From the NCBI GenBank assembly GCA_051294375.1, contig CM119265.1, positions 10,805,042 to 10,869,041 of the forward strand: DNA of 64,000 nucleotides. The letters are read 5' to 3'. Source of the stretch: Paraspadella gotoi (Eukaryota; Animalia; Chaetognatha). The notes below the pieces were generated by a model. It ran no database searches. It was not told the origin of the DNA and saw nothing but the letters and a program-made list of their open reading frames with translations. Both the position numbers and the translations under genes were made by a program. Positions within the stretch are counted from its first letter, which is position 1; each line of letters starts with the position of its first letter. Below, piece by piece: positions 1 through 12,700 of the stretch.

Positions 1-879
1 TGAGTTTAAATGAAAAAACATAAGTCGCATTTCTAAAATCTTTTTACTTATTTTAACCAAATAATACCCTAATTATCATAATTGGATGGATAGATTGAGT
101 TCAAATTTTTTGGGTAGGATAAATGTGACGGATAGTAGGAAAATGAGTTTAAAGGAAAAAAATATGAGTCACATTAACTTGACTCTTTTACATTTATTTT
201 AACCACTAAATAGATTGAGATGAATTTTGTGAGCGGGAAGGAAAGTTTGTGAAGAAAGCTAGATATAAGGTTGGAAACCGGAATNNNNNNNNNNNNNNNN
301 NNNNNNNNNAATGGAAAAAACAAAAAACCTGTTTCACTAATTTTATTATGATTTTTTTTCCTTTATATTAAATGTGTTTGAGCTGCCTCGGTTTAATAAT
401 ATCAAAATTGTTTATTTTGCTGATTCTCTTAGACGACGACCGAGAATCCAACGATGTTTTAAAATGTTTATTGATATTGATGCAATCGGCGATAGTTCAA
501 GTTGTTTCAAAACAAAACATGATTTAAAAACGATAAAAACCTTTAAAAGCACAACCTTAAAATCAACGTGAAAACGTTCGACGTCGCGGCTTAAACGAGG
601 CAACTGCCTCTGACTTTTCTTAAATTTCAACGTTAAAAATAACCCAGATATTTGCTTTCTTCTTCATATTAAATCGTTGTCGTTCGTCGTCGCGACGTTC
701 CGTCGCGAATCAGGAAACTTGGACTTCGGATGTCGAAATCTCTGCCGTCGAACGTTGAGCCGTCCTGCCCTACGGCGACGCCGCGTTGCGCACCGCGAAC
801 GCCAATACAAAATGTATATGCAGGAGTAATTAATAAATCAAATAATTAACAGTTAATTAATCAATTATCAATTAATTAA

Positions 880-1550
880 TCATCTAATTAATTAATCAGT
901 CAATCAATCCGACCATCCGTCCCACCTTAACAAAAAGGCCCCAATAACTCGTGATTGGCTGGTTGGATCGGAATGAAACTTTGTGTATGGTAGGAACATG
1001 TGTGATGAAGCTGGATATAAAGTTTCGACGGAATCGTGTGAAGTGGATATGAGTTTAAAATGAAAAAAAACATAAGTCGCATTTGCTAAAATCTTTTTAC
1101 TTATTTTAACCAATAAATACTCTAATTAATCATAATTGGATGGATAGATTGAGTTCAAATTTTGTGTGTGGTAGGAAAATGTGACGAAGCTTGATATAAA
1201 GTTTCGGTATGAGTGGAAAATGAGTTTAAAGGAAAAAAATATGAGTCACATTTACTTGACTCTTTTTACTTATTTTAACCCATAATAGATTGAGATGAAA
1301 TTTTGTGAGCGGGAAGGAAAGTTTGTGAAGAAAGCTAGATATAAAGTTTTGACGGAATTGTGCAAGTGGAAATGAGTTTAAATGAAAAAATATAAGTCAC
1401 GTTTACTTTATTTAAGGACATCGATGATGATAAGCTGTATATAATTTATAATTAATTATTAAATATTAAAATTAATTAATTAATTAATCGATTAATTAAT
1501 TAATTAATTTTCGTAGGCAGATCCGACATTGTTTCCTCAAACTTGTTTCT
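880..1550. mobile_element. Helentron/HINE (DINE-1-like) dispersed repeat; related copies at ~23225-23640, 28185-28710, 29450-29930, 33150-33500, 50785-50895, 51700-52350
   Basis: Recurring blocks 'gtggaaatgagtttaaatggaaaaaa' and 'aaacaagtttgagcaaac..gtcggatctg', plus a GTCC/GTCT microsatellite (29588-29630) of the kind found in DINE-1/HINE elements. The family assignment is inference. Confidence 0.55.
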
Positions 1551-1561
1551 TAACCTCCAGC

Positions 1562-1802
1562 CAGTGGCATGTAAGAGAATTGGCGGGCTACTCCACATTT
1601 TGGTTCGTCCTGAGCCTCCCAGTAAGCTAGGCTCATCCAACCCTCTACAATTAACAATAGAAGTTAAAAAAAAAAAAGGTTTTCATTGATTGGGACTTTT
1701 AAAAATGACATATTACATTTTATATCATTCAAAGACCCCAAGAGCTTTTCCAGGACCCCCCTTTGCTTTGTGGAAGGTTTCTAACCCCTCGATACACCCC
1801 TG
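1562..1802. mobile_element. hAT-like MITE (duplicate copy 8312-8553)
   Basis: Ends CAGTGGCATG.. / ..GATACACCCCTG (CAG..CTG termini). Flanks cctccagc / cccccacc match 6/8, consistent with a decayed 8-bp TSD. Confidence 0.5.
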
Positions 1803-2788
1803 CCCCCACCATTTCCAGAGTGAGTATACTTTTTACAATTATAAACTACAAGCCTGAACCTTCTTATATTTTACCTTATTTCCTGACAGCCTTACAAGAC
1901 TAGTATAAAACAACTTATGCCCCACTAACTTTAATTTATATAAAATCTAGCATTTATATGGTGGCTTTTATCCGAAAAGACTTTTTATTACCTCTAACTA
2001 GCATATACCCCATTAAAAGGTAAACTTTAATTACTGTAGATCCACGTTCTTAAAAGAATCTAAAAATATTTTAGGATTTTTTTATGAGGATAAAGATACG
2101 ATGTGGGCTGAAGGTTATTGTTACTAGAAAGATAATGGTATAGGTAAGGTGGCCATTAAGGAGGGCCAAAATTGATCACTTTTTTATCATTAAGAGTTCT
2201 GTAGTATAAAAATTCCTTTGTCCATCATATACTTAATCAATATTTACAATCACTTTTTTAACTAGTGAAGCACAGTATACACATTGAAGCATTTAAATAT
2301 TTATCAATGCATAGGCAATGAAAAATTAAATTAATATTTTTTTAAAATTAAAATTATATTTTTTAAAAACTGATTCAGATAGCCATAAAAAGTATAATGC
2401 GTTTTTCAATATTTTGATGATAAGTGAGTCAAATAATGGAAAAACTTTATAAAATCATCATCATCATCATCGTACCATAAATTTTTATAGTTTTTTCTGA
2501 TTTTAACCAATAAAACATAAAATTTTGGAAATCTTGTATTAATATTTTTTTATTTATTTTTTAAGCTCTACCCCAATATGTTTTTAAAAATTCTGATTTG
2601 AAAAAAAAGATTTTCATGATTTATAGTAATACGATAAGCTTTAAATGCTTCTATGTTATTAACTATACCATAAAATCTAAAATTTTTTTGTAATTTTGTT
2701 ATCCCACAGGGATGCTATAACGCTATTTAATTACAGAACTCTTAGTTTTTACTTAGTGGCCATATAGAATAGAAACAAAAATAAAGTA

Positions 2789-3488
2789 TGGTAGTCGGGC
2801 ATTGCCTAGGTTCACCCCGCCTAGAATCATGACACTTTCAGTTGTGACCCGGTGGCTCATTGAGTAAAGCCATCAGCTCATGACCACTAGGTACCGGGGT
2901 CAATCCCAACCCGGTACCTACCCTGCGGGAAGCGTGAGGGACGGCCGTAAGCCGCCTTGGGGGCATGGCAACCCTCAAAGCCTGGTTCCAAGCCCAGGGA
3001 CGCCGTTCCATGGCTGCTAGAGGGGGTTATAGAAGTTACGGACAGTCATCTTCAGCCCACGTAGCGCCTTTATCCATACGGTGGAGCCCATCCTGTCGAG
3101 CGTATTCCAACCTTCTGATTCCAGGGCCCTTGTCTAGCTGAAAATTGCTCCCCTCCCTCCACTGAAGCAGTGCAGGGTGGGTTACAATCTGGGGGGCATG
3201 TAGTCGGGCATTGCCTAGGTTCACCCCGCCTATGAGCATGACTCTTTCAAGTTGTGGACCCGGTGGCTCATTGAGTAAAGCCATCAGCTTCATGACCACT
3301 AGGGACCGGTTCAATCCCAAACCCGGTACCTACCCTGTGGAAGCGTGAGGACGACACCGTAAGCCGCCTTGGGGGCATGGCAAACCTGCAAGCCTGGTTC
3401 CAAGCCCAGGGACCCGTTCCATGGCTGCGAGAGGGGTTATAGAAGTTACGAACAGCTCATCTTCAGCCCACGTAGCGCCTTATCCACA
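2789..3488 (+). mobile_element. Family A miniature LTR element (TRIM/retrozyme-like): LTR 2789-3078, internal 3079-3198, LTR 3199-3488; tRNA-like module + twister-like motif in each LTR
   Basis: ~290-bp direct repeats with TG..CA ends, AGTA TSD (2785-2788 / 3489-3492) and GGGGGGCA purine tract before the 3' LTR. No convincing coding capacity. Confidence 0.88.
2925..3006 (+). ncRNA. Putative type-P5 twister ribozyme (family A 5' LTR)
   Basis: GCGGG-AA-GCGT-GA-GGGA-CGGCCG-TAA-GCC-GC-[P3 hairpin]-G-CCTGG-TTCCAAGC-CCAGG. The L4 loop UUCCAAGC resembles the twister UCCCAAGC loop. T1 GGGA/UUCC and T2 GC/GC can pair. Predicted scissile site U2948/A2949. Confidence 0.72.
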
Positions 3489-3779
3489 AGTAAAGTATTT
3501 GTTATAAATAATAAAACGAATTTTTGTTTTATTATTTTTTTTATATTTTTTTTATGTTTTATCTTACTCTTTGATTATTAAATGAATAATATTAAAGCTA
3601 CCTCATTAATCTATTATAAAAATAAACAATATCCTAATATTTGATTTATTATAAAAATATTTTTAAACTTTTTATAAATTATTAAAAAAAATATTATTTT
3701 TCAACTTAATTTTTCAAATTAATATTATTGAAATTTGAAAAAAATTAAAATTTGCCTAGGGAACCCACCATGGTCCCAT

Positions 3780-5750
3780 GTGACTAGTTTCACGAATGGG
3801 TTCTTTCTGTTCCAAAAGTCGACAAAGGGTTACGCCGTGTTTACTCTTTAGAATGTTATTTTTTCACACTATTCTGTATACAAAATTACCTTTTGACTAC
3901 ATTAGCCACGTCAAAAGCATCGTAAGCATCCTCAACTCCGACACTCCGCGATGACAAAGGAGCTTGAAGTGAGACAGCGTTGGCATCTTCTTGAAAACCG
4001 AGCCAGAAGCCGACTGATGCGGGGTTCCACGCCAGAGTGTTTGTAAACGCCCTTTGACTCGATTCCATAGCTCAGAATATTTATCTAAGGCATGTCTCAA
4101 TGAGGACAGGAACGTTTCGCTAATAAATTGGGATGACATTTTGTTGGGTCACTTAAAAGGCATCTTAATCTTACTCAATTGTTCATAATACAACGGTATT
4201 TTTATGTTTAACCATGATGGAAAATATATTTTTTGGTCAATAAATAAGTTTTAATAGTAATAGATGACCTCCTTAAGACTGAATAAAATGATTATTTCTC
4301 AATAGCATAAAATTATTTAAATGCATACAAATTTTCCAAAAAGAGGCTGACTCCAACTGTTTTTTTGATCAAAAGGACTACTTACATTTTGTTAATATTA
4401 TATCTCTGACACAAACTAATGAGCTGAAGAAGGCTTATAACTAAAGCCAAAACATGTATGTTTTCTCTGAAAAATAATGTTGTTGTAAATTAATTCACCT
4501 TTAATTCGCCTTTATCTCTACATTATATTTTTTTATCAAATTTGGACTCATTTCATACTTGGTTCTATAATACATTCAGAGGTAAATAAAAATGATAACT
4601 TTGCTCACAGAAAAGGTACCCAGAGCCTTAAAACTTTTATTGATACTTTACAATATAAAAATAATACCTGGAGCATCTACAGCATTAATGTATTTATAAT
4701 ACCGCTCTTTTTTGACATATGTATTAAGATTCATCCCTGAATCTATCTTAATAAAGATGATACAATACCATTTGACATGAGACTGAGAAAAGGCAGGGAT
4801 TTTTAATATAGTAAGTAATAAAAAAACCGGAAAAAAGTATAAATGAAAAGTGTAGATATGAAAAAGTTAAAAAAAGAAGGAAGCATTTTTTTGGACAAGA
4901 AATTTTCTTTTGCATGGAACTCTTGTATTTTTGTTGTATATAAATGAGACACTGCTCATATGAATCATAAGAAGCCAAAGTATCTTGATATCTAAATTTT
5001 ATTTTTCGATTCTTACATTAAAATGCCGAAAAATAGCTGGAAAGTAGCCGCGACAATTTTTTTTTTCATCATGGTACACAATTTAAGAAATAATAAAAAT
5101 GCAATGTTTCTAAAATGCCTCGACTCAGCTTTACCGTTCACCTGGCTGAGCATTGCCTCCCGATTCTGTCTCCGCTTTTCCTGGACCCAATGATAAAGAA
5201 GCAACCACTCTTCCGTTCTTTGCTTATCTTCCGCTTGCAGCAGATGGAACCCGTCGGGTAGTTGAAAAAGTATTTGAAATCCGTCAAATAGACTCCTGAT
5301 GAGAAAAGAGTTTTGTATTAAAACGGACAATGACTCTACTCACCAGAAGACAGAGGTAAAGCTTTTTGTAACTGTAGACCTATGATTACTAGTGGCGTCG
5401 GGATGAAAGGCTCGGCACGCCTTGATGTCTTTCCTCAGTTCGATTTGGAAAGCAGACTCTGTTTCTTTCACAAAAACCCAGAGGATTGTGTCCTTAATAA
5501 ATAAAAACTAGTTAATAAAGAAGATTTGAGGTTTTTTTAAATTTTTTAAAATCAATAATTAGGCTACTTAAAAAAGAGGTTTGCCGTTTGGCTTAAAGTT
5601 AAATTGTACCTTGAGGACACCCAAGCCGGTTTTTGCGCATCATTAATTTTAAACGTTAGTTTTCCGAATCTTTGAAATCTTTCTTCAAGAAACGGCTGCA
5701 TGGTAGAGGGGAGGTGATAGTTCGAAACGAAGAGACCGCATCCATTTTAT
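3780..5750 (-). pseudogene. Decayed hAT-like (ZBED-type) transposase fragments (duplicate ~10530-12520)
   Basis: Minus-strand peptide '..TLCRLLEQKEPIRE' (~3790-3830) resembles the hAT 'ML.RLLEQK.AI' segment. Other GC-richer coding-like patches lie at 3890-4140, 5120-5480 and 5580-5750, with many stops and frameshifts. Confidence 0.4.
4420..4462 (+). ncRNA. Degenerate minimal hammerhead ribozyme remnant of Penelope type (duplicate ~11170-11210)
   Basis: CTGAAGA-aggctt..aagcc-AAAAC-ATGTA. The GAAA core is mutated to AAAA, so it is probably inactive. Confidence 0.55.
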
Positions 5751-5937
5751 CTGATAATTTGAATAACTAATTATTTCCCGAAATAAAATTTTTGCATTGC
5801 AAGTAATACCTTTTTTTCATAGGTCTCTGTTGCATAATTATGTACTTTTCCCGGGGTACTTATAAAAATCCGTGCAAATCATCCCTTGTTTATGAAAAAA
5901 AGTTTCACGAAGAAATTTCAAAATGTTTTATAAAACT

Positions 5938-6450
5938 ATACACGGTTCCTTTTTACATCGATTTTAATCGGCATGGAGTGCACAAGAATGAGATGTCCGG
6001 GATACGTTTCGGACCTTTGGCTACACAAAAAAAGGGTAATCAAATTTTTTCCTATGACAGTTTTTTTATAAATTAATATTAAATTAGCTATATAAAACAA
6101 TAAAGTAGAAGAAAAAAAAAAATTAAAAATGGCTTTAAATTTTTTTAAAATGAAAATATCATGCATCATCCATAATCTATGAACAATTTTCTCTTTCGTT
6201 TGAGTCCATAACCATTATTCTATCTTTTAATAGTTTAATTTGTAATTAATTTTTTCTTTATTAAAATATAATTTTATTTTTTTTCAGATAATTAAATTAA
6301 AAAAATTATAAGTATGCCAAATGATTGAAGAAAAATTTTATATTATAGAGGGACTTACCTACCTAATATAGGCTTTCAAATACATATATAGTAAGTTTAT
6401 TATGATGATGTTTTGACATAGAAAAAAATAATTATAAAATTAAATATATG
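5938..6450 (+). repeat. Dispersed repeat/DNA-transposon end fragment; inverted copy at ~16240-16750
   Basis: About 500 bp matching 16240-16750 in reverse. Both copies begin TA|CACGGTTCC, like a TA-target transposon terminus. Confidence 0.65.
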
Positions 6451-6503
6451 AAAAAATTTATAACTTTGAATTTTTTTTTAGCATAATAAAATAGCATATT
6501 AAA

Positions 6504-8090
6504 AAATTATGTATGAAACAGACGAAAACTTTTTTTTAAAATCACATGCTATTTAATTGCTTGAACTGATATAATATTATCCTTGGACAAAATTTAAAAA
6601 CTTTTAAACAATCCCAACTAGACATTTTTAAGGATTGTCAAATGTATAAATATTTGATATTCGGACTGCTTTGTAGGTTTTAACTTAATTCAGTAGCCCT
6701 TTTAATATGACAGAAAAGCATATATTTAACAGTTTTTTTATTTGGAGTGGGCATCAAAGTTCTAATACATATTAACATCAGTATATTTTTGTTAAGTATA
6801 GGTAGATTCCTCTATAGATTTTTCAATTTTTGAAAACATTTACTCTTTTTTTTCTATAATTTTTTGAACACGCAAAACGTTTTCTTTGATTACGACAAAG
6901 AGAATGTAAAAAATTAAAAATAAATAGTACAAATAGTTAGAGTTATGTCTAGAATAGATGAAAAAAAAAACCTTGTTTAAAATTTTGATTCGGGAAGTGG
7001 GGTAACTAAGGCTTACCAACGGTATCCTCCATGCTGATGTTCTCTCAATTAATTTTTTTAATTTAATACATTGTAAAAGGGAAAAAAGAAATTCAAATGC
7101 AGGTGGCATAAAGGGTAAGAAAAATCTGTACATAGTGCATGATAATAATGACCTTTTATGTCCTTGCGTAAGGGGGGCAGTAAAAAAGAAACCTTAAAAA
7201 TGCAATCATTAAGTCAGTCAAAGAACCCTTTTCGCGATTTTTTTTTCTTAATTAAAAATGGATGATAATAATAGAATTAAATTCCCTTTATAAGGTTGTT
7301 ATATTTAAAAGAAAATTAGCAATACAATTCAACACAATGATGTCTTGCTTTGTAAATATGTCAGCAGTTAAGTAATTTTTTTAAATTTTAATTACGATAA
7401 ACAAAAGCATGTATATCAAGCTTTTTCTTTGCAGTTGAAGATATTGAAAAATGATTATTTTTTTTCACAGACAAAAAGGTAGACGTCCAGACTGTTTATA
7501 TCAAGCTGAAAACATTTTATTATTTATCATTTTTTCATATTTCAAAAACATTTCTATCAAGCTACTACAAATTTTTTGCTTGTTTTTTACTTTAAACTAA
7601 AATACAAGCAAATTTATAAAGTAGCAAAAAATTTAATGATAATTAAAATGTAATTCGACTTTCCTCTTCAATTTACAAAAGAAAAACAAAAAAAATTTCA
7701 TATGCCTTCATTGAAATTTGTAATGCAAAAAACTGTTATAACTTTTAACTCGTATTTAAATAAAAGAACTGTGTAAAGATTTATGGATAAACATTAACAA
7801 AACTGTTCTAGAAATGCTGTCCCACGATTAGGGCCTTTAAAATTTGATAGCCACACCCACGCTTGCTCCTCTTTTTCTTTCAAAGATAATTCAAAGAAAT
7901 AACTTTTTTTATTACTTTTTTTGCATCTTGCAGTTTTTTTTTAAACACCTAACTTATGGCCTTATAAAATGTCTAGTTGGGATTGTTTAAAACTTTTTAA
8001 ATTTTGTCCAAAGGATAAATAATAATCACTCCACAAAATCAAATAGCCATCTGATTTAAAAAAAAGTTTTCGTCTGTTCATACATAATTT
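6504..8090. mobile_element. ~1.6-kb non-autonomous DNA element with ~130-bp terminal inverted repeats (duplicate ~13280-14910)
   Basis: 6504-6633 is the imperfect reverse complement of 7960-8090. AT-rich non-coding interior. Confidence 0.7.
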
Positions 8091-9590
8091 AATATCGTAA
8101 TGTTTTGTGCAAGTGGAAATGAGTTTAAATGGAAAAAATATAAGTCACGTTTACTTTATTTTAAGGACATCGATGATGATAAGCTGTATATAAATTTATA
8201 ATTAATTATTAAATATTAAAATTAATTAATTAATTAATCGATTAATTAATTAATTAATTTTCGTAGGCAGATCCGACATTGTTTGCTCAAACTTGTTTCT
8301 TAACCTCCAGCCAGTGGCATGTAGAGAATTGGCGGGCTACTCCACATTTTGGTTCGTCCTGAGCCCTCCAGTAAGCTAGGCTCATCCAACCCTCTACAAT
8401 TAACAATAGAAGTTAGAAAAAAAAAAGGTTTTCAATTGATTGGGAACTTTTAAAAATGACATATTACATTTTATATCATTTCAAAGACCCCAAGAGCTTT
8501 TCCAGGACCCCCCTTTGCTTTGTGGAAGGTTTCTAACCCTCGATACACCCCTGCCCCCACCATTTCCAGAGTGAGTATACCTTTTTAACAATTATAACTA
8601 CAAGCCTGAACCTTCTTATATTTTACCTTATTTCCTGACAGCCTTACAAGACTAGTATAACAACTTATGCCCCAACTAACTTTAATTTATATAAAATCTA
8701 GCATTTATATGGTGGCTTTTATCCGAAAAGACTTTTTATTACCTCTAACTAGCATATACCCATTAAAAGGTAAAACTTTATTACTGTAGATCCACGTTCT
8801 TAAAAGAATCTAAAAATATTTTAGGATTTTTTATGAGGATAAAGATACGATGTGGGCTGAAGGTTATTGTTACTAGAAAGATAATGGTATAGGTAAGGTG
8901 GCCATTAAGGAGGGCCAAAATTGATCACTTTTTATCATTAAGAGTTCTGTAGTATAAAATTCCTTTGTCCATCATATACTTAATCAATATTTACAATCAC
9001 TTTTTTAACTAGTGAAGCACAGTATAACATTGAAGCATTTAAATATTTATCAATGCATAGGCAATGAAAAATTAAAATTATATTTTTTAAATTAAAATTA
9101 TATTTTTTAAAAACTGATTCAGATAGCCCATAAAAAGTATAATGCGTTTTTCAATATTTTGATGATAAGTGAGTCAAATAATGGAAAAACTTTATAAAAT
9201 CATCATCATCATCATCGTACCATAATTTTTATAGTTTTTTCTGATTTTAACCAATAAAACATAAAAATTTGGAAATCTTGTATTAATATTTTTTATTTAT
9301 TTTTTTAAGCTCTACCCCAATATGTTTTTAAAAATTCTGATTTTGAAAAAAAGATTTTTCATGATTTATAGTAATACGATAAGCTTTAAATGCTTCTATG
9401 TTATTAACTATACATAAAATCTAAAATTTTTTTGTAATTTTGTTATCCCACAGGGATGCTATAACGCTATTTATATTACAGAACTCTTAGTTTTTACTTA
9501 GTGGCCATATAGAATAGAACAAAAATAAAGTATGTAGTCGGGCATTGCCTAGGTTCACCCCGCCTAGAATCATTGACACTTTCAGTTGTT

Positions 9591-9664
9591 GACCCGGTGG
9601 CTCATTGAGTAAAGCCAATCAGCTCATGACCACTAGGTACCGGGGTTCAATCCCAACCCGGTAC
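9591..9664 (+). promoter_or_regulatory. tRNA(Met)-like Pol III internal promoter inside family A LTR
   Basis: A-box-like TGGCTCATTGA (9598-9608) and B-box GGTTCAATCC (9644-9653) at tRNA spacing, with a CTCATGA anticodon-loop-like segment (CAT). Confidence 0.7.
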
Positions 9665-9671
9665 CTACCCT

Positions 9672-9751
9672 GCGGGAAGCGTGAGGACGGCCGTAAGCCG
9701 CCTTGGGCGCATGGCAAACCTCAAAGCCTGGTTCCAAGCCCAGGGACCCGT
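9672..9751 (+). ncRNA. Putative type-P5 twister ribozyme (second, more diverged copy ~10082-10162)
   Basis: P5 GCGGG/CCCGT; P2 GCC/G(C)GT; GA-GGA T1 with UCC of L4; UAA at 9694-9696; P4 CCTGG/CCAGG closing UUCCAAGC. Confidence 0.72.
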
Positions 9752-12700
9752 TCCATGGCTGCTAGAGGGGGTTATAGAAGTTACGGACAGTCATCTTCAG
9801 CCCACGTAGCGCCTTATCCATACTGGTGAGCCCATCCTGTCGAGCGTATTCCAACCTTCTGATTCCAGGGCCCTTGGTCTAGCTGAAAATTGCTCCCCTC
9901 CCTCCACACTGGAAGCAGTGCAGGGTGGGTTACAATCTGGGGGGCATGTAGTCGGGCATTGCCTAGGTTCACCCCGCCTATGAGGCATGACCTTTCAGTT
10001 GTGACCCCGGTGGTCATTGAGTAAAGCCATCAGCTCATGACCACTAGGGACCGGGTTCAATCCCAACCCGGTACCTACCCTGTGAGAAGCGTGAGGACGA
10101 ACCGTAAGCCGCCTTGGGGGGCATGGCAAACCCTCAAGCCTGGTTCCAAGCCCAGGACCCGTTCCAATGGCTGCGAGAGGGGGTTATAGAAAGTTACGGA
10201 ATCAAGTCATCTTCAGCCCACGTAGCGCCTTATCCACAAGTAAAGTATTTGTTATAATAATAAAACGAATTTTTGTTTTATATATTTTTTATATTTTTTT
10301 ATGTTTTATTCTTACTCTTTGATTATTAAATGAATAATATTTAAGCTACTCATTAATCTTATTATAAAAATAAACAATATCCCTAATATTTTGATTTATT
10401 ATAAAAATATTTTTAAACTTTTTATAAATTATTAAAAAAAATATTATTTTTCAACTTAATTTTTCAAATTAATATTATTAAATTTGAAAAAAAATTAAAA
10501 TTTGCCTAGGGAACCCACCATGGTCCCATGTGACTAGTTTCACGAATGGGTTCTTTCTGTTCCAAAAGTCGACAAAGGGTTACGCCGTGTTTACTCTTTA
10601 GAATGTTATTTTTTCACACTATTCTGTATACAAAATTACCTTTTGACTACATTAGCCACGTCAAAAGCATCGTAAGCATCCTCAACTCCGACACTCGCGG
10701 ATGACAAAGGAGCTTGAAGTGAGACAGCGTTGGCATCTTCTTGAAACCGAGCCAGAAGCCGACTGATGCGGGGTTCCACGCCAGAGTGTTTGTAAACGCC
10801 CTTTGACTCGATTCCATAGCTCAGAATATTATCTAGGCATGTCTCAATGAGGACAGGAACGTTTCGCTAATAAATTGGGATGACATTTTTTGGGTCACTT
10901 AAAAGGCATCTTAAATCTTACTCAATTGTTCATAATACAACGGTATTTTTTATGTTTACCATGATGGAAAATATATTTTTTGGTCAATAAATAAGTTTTA
11001 ATAAGTAATATGACCTCCTTAAGACTGAATAAAATGATTATTTCTCAATAGCATAAAATTATTTAATGCATACAAATATTTCCAAAAAGAGGCTGACTCC
11101 AACTGTTTTTTTGATCAAAAGGACTACTTACATTATTGTTAATATTATATCTCTGACACAAACTAATTGACGCTGAAGAAGGCTTATAACTAAAGCCAAA
11201 ACATGTATGTTTTCTCTGAAAATAAATCGTTGTTGTAAATTAATTCACCTTTAATTCGCCTTTATCTCTGACATTATATTTTTTATCAAATTTGGACTCA
11301 TTTCATACTTGGTTCTAATAATACATTCAGAGGTAAATAAAAATGATAACTTTGCTCACAGAAAGGTTACCCAGAGCCTTAAAACTTTTATTGATACTTT
11401 ACAATATAAAAATAATACCCTGGAGCATCTACAGCATTAATGTATTTATAATACCGCTCTTTTTTGACATATGTATTAAGATTCATCCCTGAATCTATCT
11501 TAATAAAGATGATACAATAACCATTTGACATGAGACTGAGAAAAGGCAGGGATTTTTAATATATAGTAAAGTAATAAAAAAAACCGGAAAAAAGTATAAA
11601 TGAAAAGTGTAGATATGAAAAAGTTAAAAAAGAAGGAAGCATTTTTTTGGACAAGAAATTTTCTTTTGCATGGAACTCTTGTATTTTTTGTTGTATATAA
11701 ATGAGACACTGCTCATATGAATCATAAGAAGCCAAAGTATCTTGATATCTAAATTTTATTTTTCGATTCTTACATTAAAATGCCGAAAAATAGCTGGAAA
11801 GTAGCCGCGACAATTTTTTTTTCATCATGGTACTACAATTTTAAGAAATAATAAAAAATGCAATGTTTCTAAAATGCCTCGACTCAGCTTTACGCTTTCA
11901 CCTGGCTGAGCAATTGCTCCTCGATTCTGTCTCCCGCTTTTCTGGACCCAATGATAAGAAGCAACCACTCTTCCGTTCTTTGCTTATCTTCCGCTTGCAG
12001 GCAGATGGAACCCCCGTCGGGTAGTTGAAAAAGTATTTGAAATCCCGTCAAATAGACTCCTGATGAGAAAAGATTTTTGTATTAAAACGGACAATGACTC
12101 TACTCACCAGAGACAGAGGTAAAGCTTTTTGTTAACTGTAGACCTAGATTACTAGTGGCGTCGGGATGAAAGGCTCGGCACGCCTTGATGTCTTTCCTCA
12201 GTTCGATTTGGAAAGCAGACTCTGTTTCTTTCACAAAAACCCAGAGGATTGTGTCCTTAATAAATAAAAACTAAGTTAATAAAGAAGAATTTGAGGTTTT
12301 TTAAATTTTTTTAAAATCATTAATTAGGCTACTTAAAAAAGAGGTTTGCCGTTTGGCTTAAAGTTAAATTGTACCTTGAGGACAACCCAAGCCGGTTTTT
12401 GCGCATCATTCATTTTAAACGTTAGTTTTCCGAATCTTTGAAATCTTTCTTCAAGAAACGGCTGCATGGTAGAGGGGAGGGTATTGAAAGCGAGAGACCG
12501 CATCCATTTTATCTGATAATTTGAATAACTAATTTATTCCCGAATAAAATTTTGCATTGCAAGTAAACTACCTTTTTTTCATAGGTCTCTGTTGCATAAT
12601 TATGTACTTTTCCCGGGGTACTTATAAAAAATCCGTGCAAATCATCCCTTGTTTATGAAAAAAAGTTTCACGAAGAAATTTCAAAATGTTTTATAAAACT

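Larger units (their letters stand above)
9533..10238 (+). mobile_element. Family A miniature LTR element, cleanest copy (LTR 9533-9822, internal 9823-9946, LTR 9947-10238); same insertion as 2789-3488
   Basis: TGTAGTCGG..TTATCCACA, AGTA TSD (9529-9532 / 10239-10242), PBS-like TGGTGAGCCC at 9824 and PPT GGGGGGCA just before 9947. Confidence 0.9.

Noticed and set aside
665-810. CpG-rich patch as coding exon (minus: GVAVGQDGSTFDGRDFDIRSPSFLIRDG)
   Set aside because: Plausible, but there is no recognisable domain or linkage to a gene model.
3036-3581. ORFs over family A repeats (also 9605-10017, 25427-26304)
   Set aside because: Frames differ between near-identical copies; they are by-products of GC-rich non-coding sequence.
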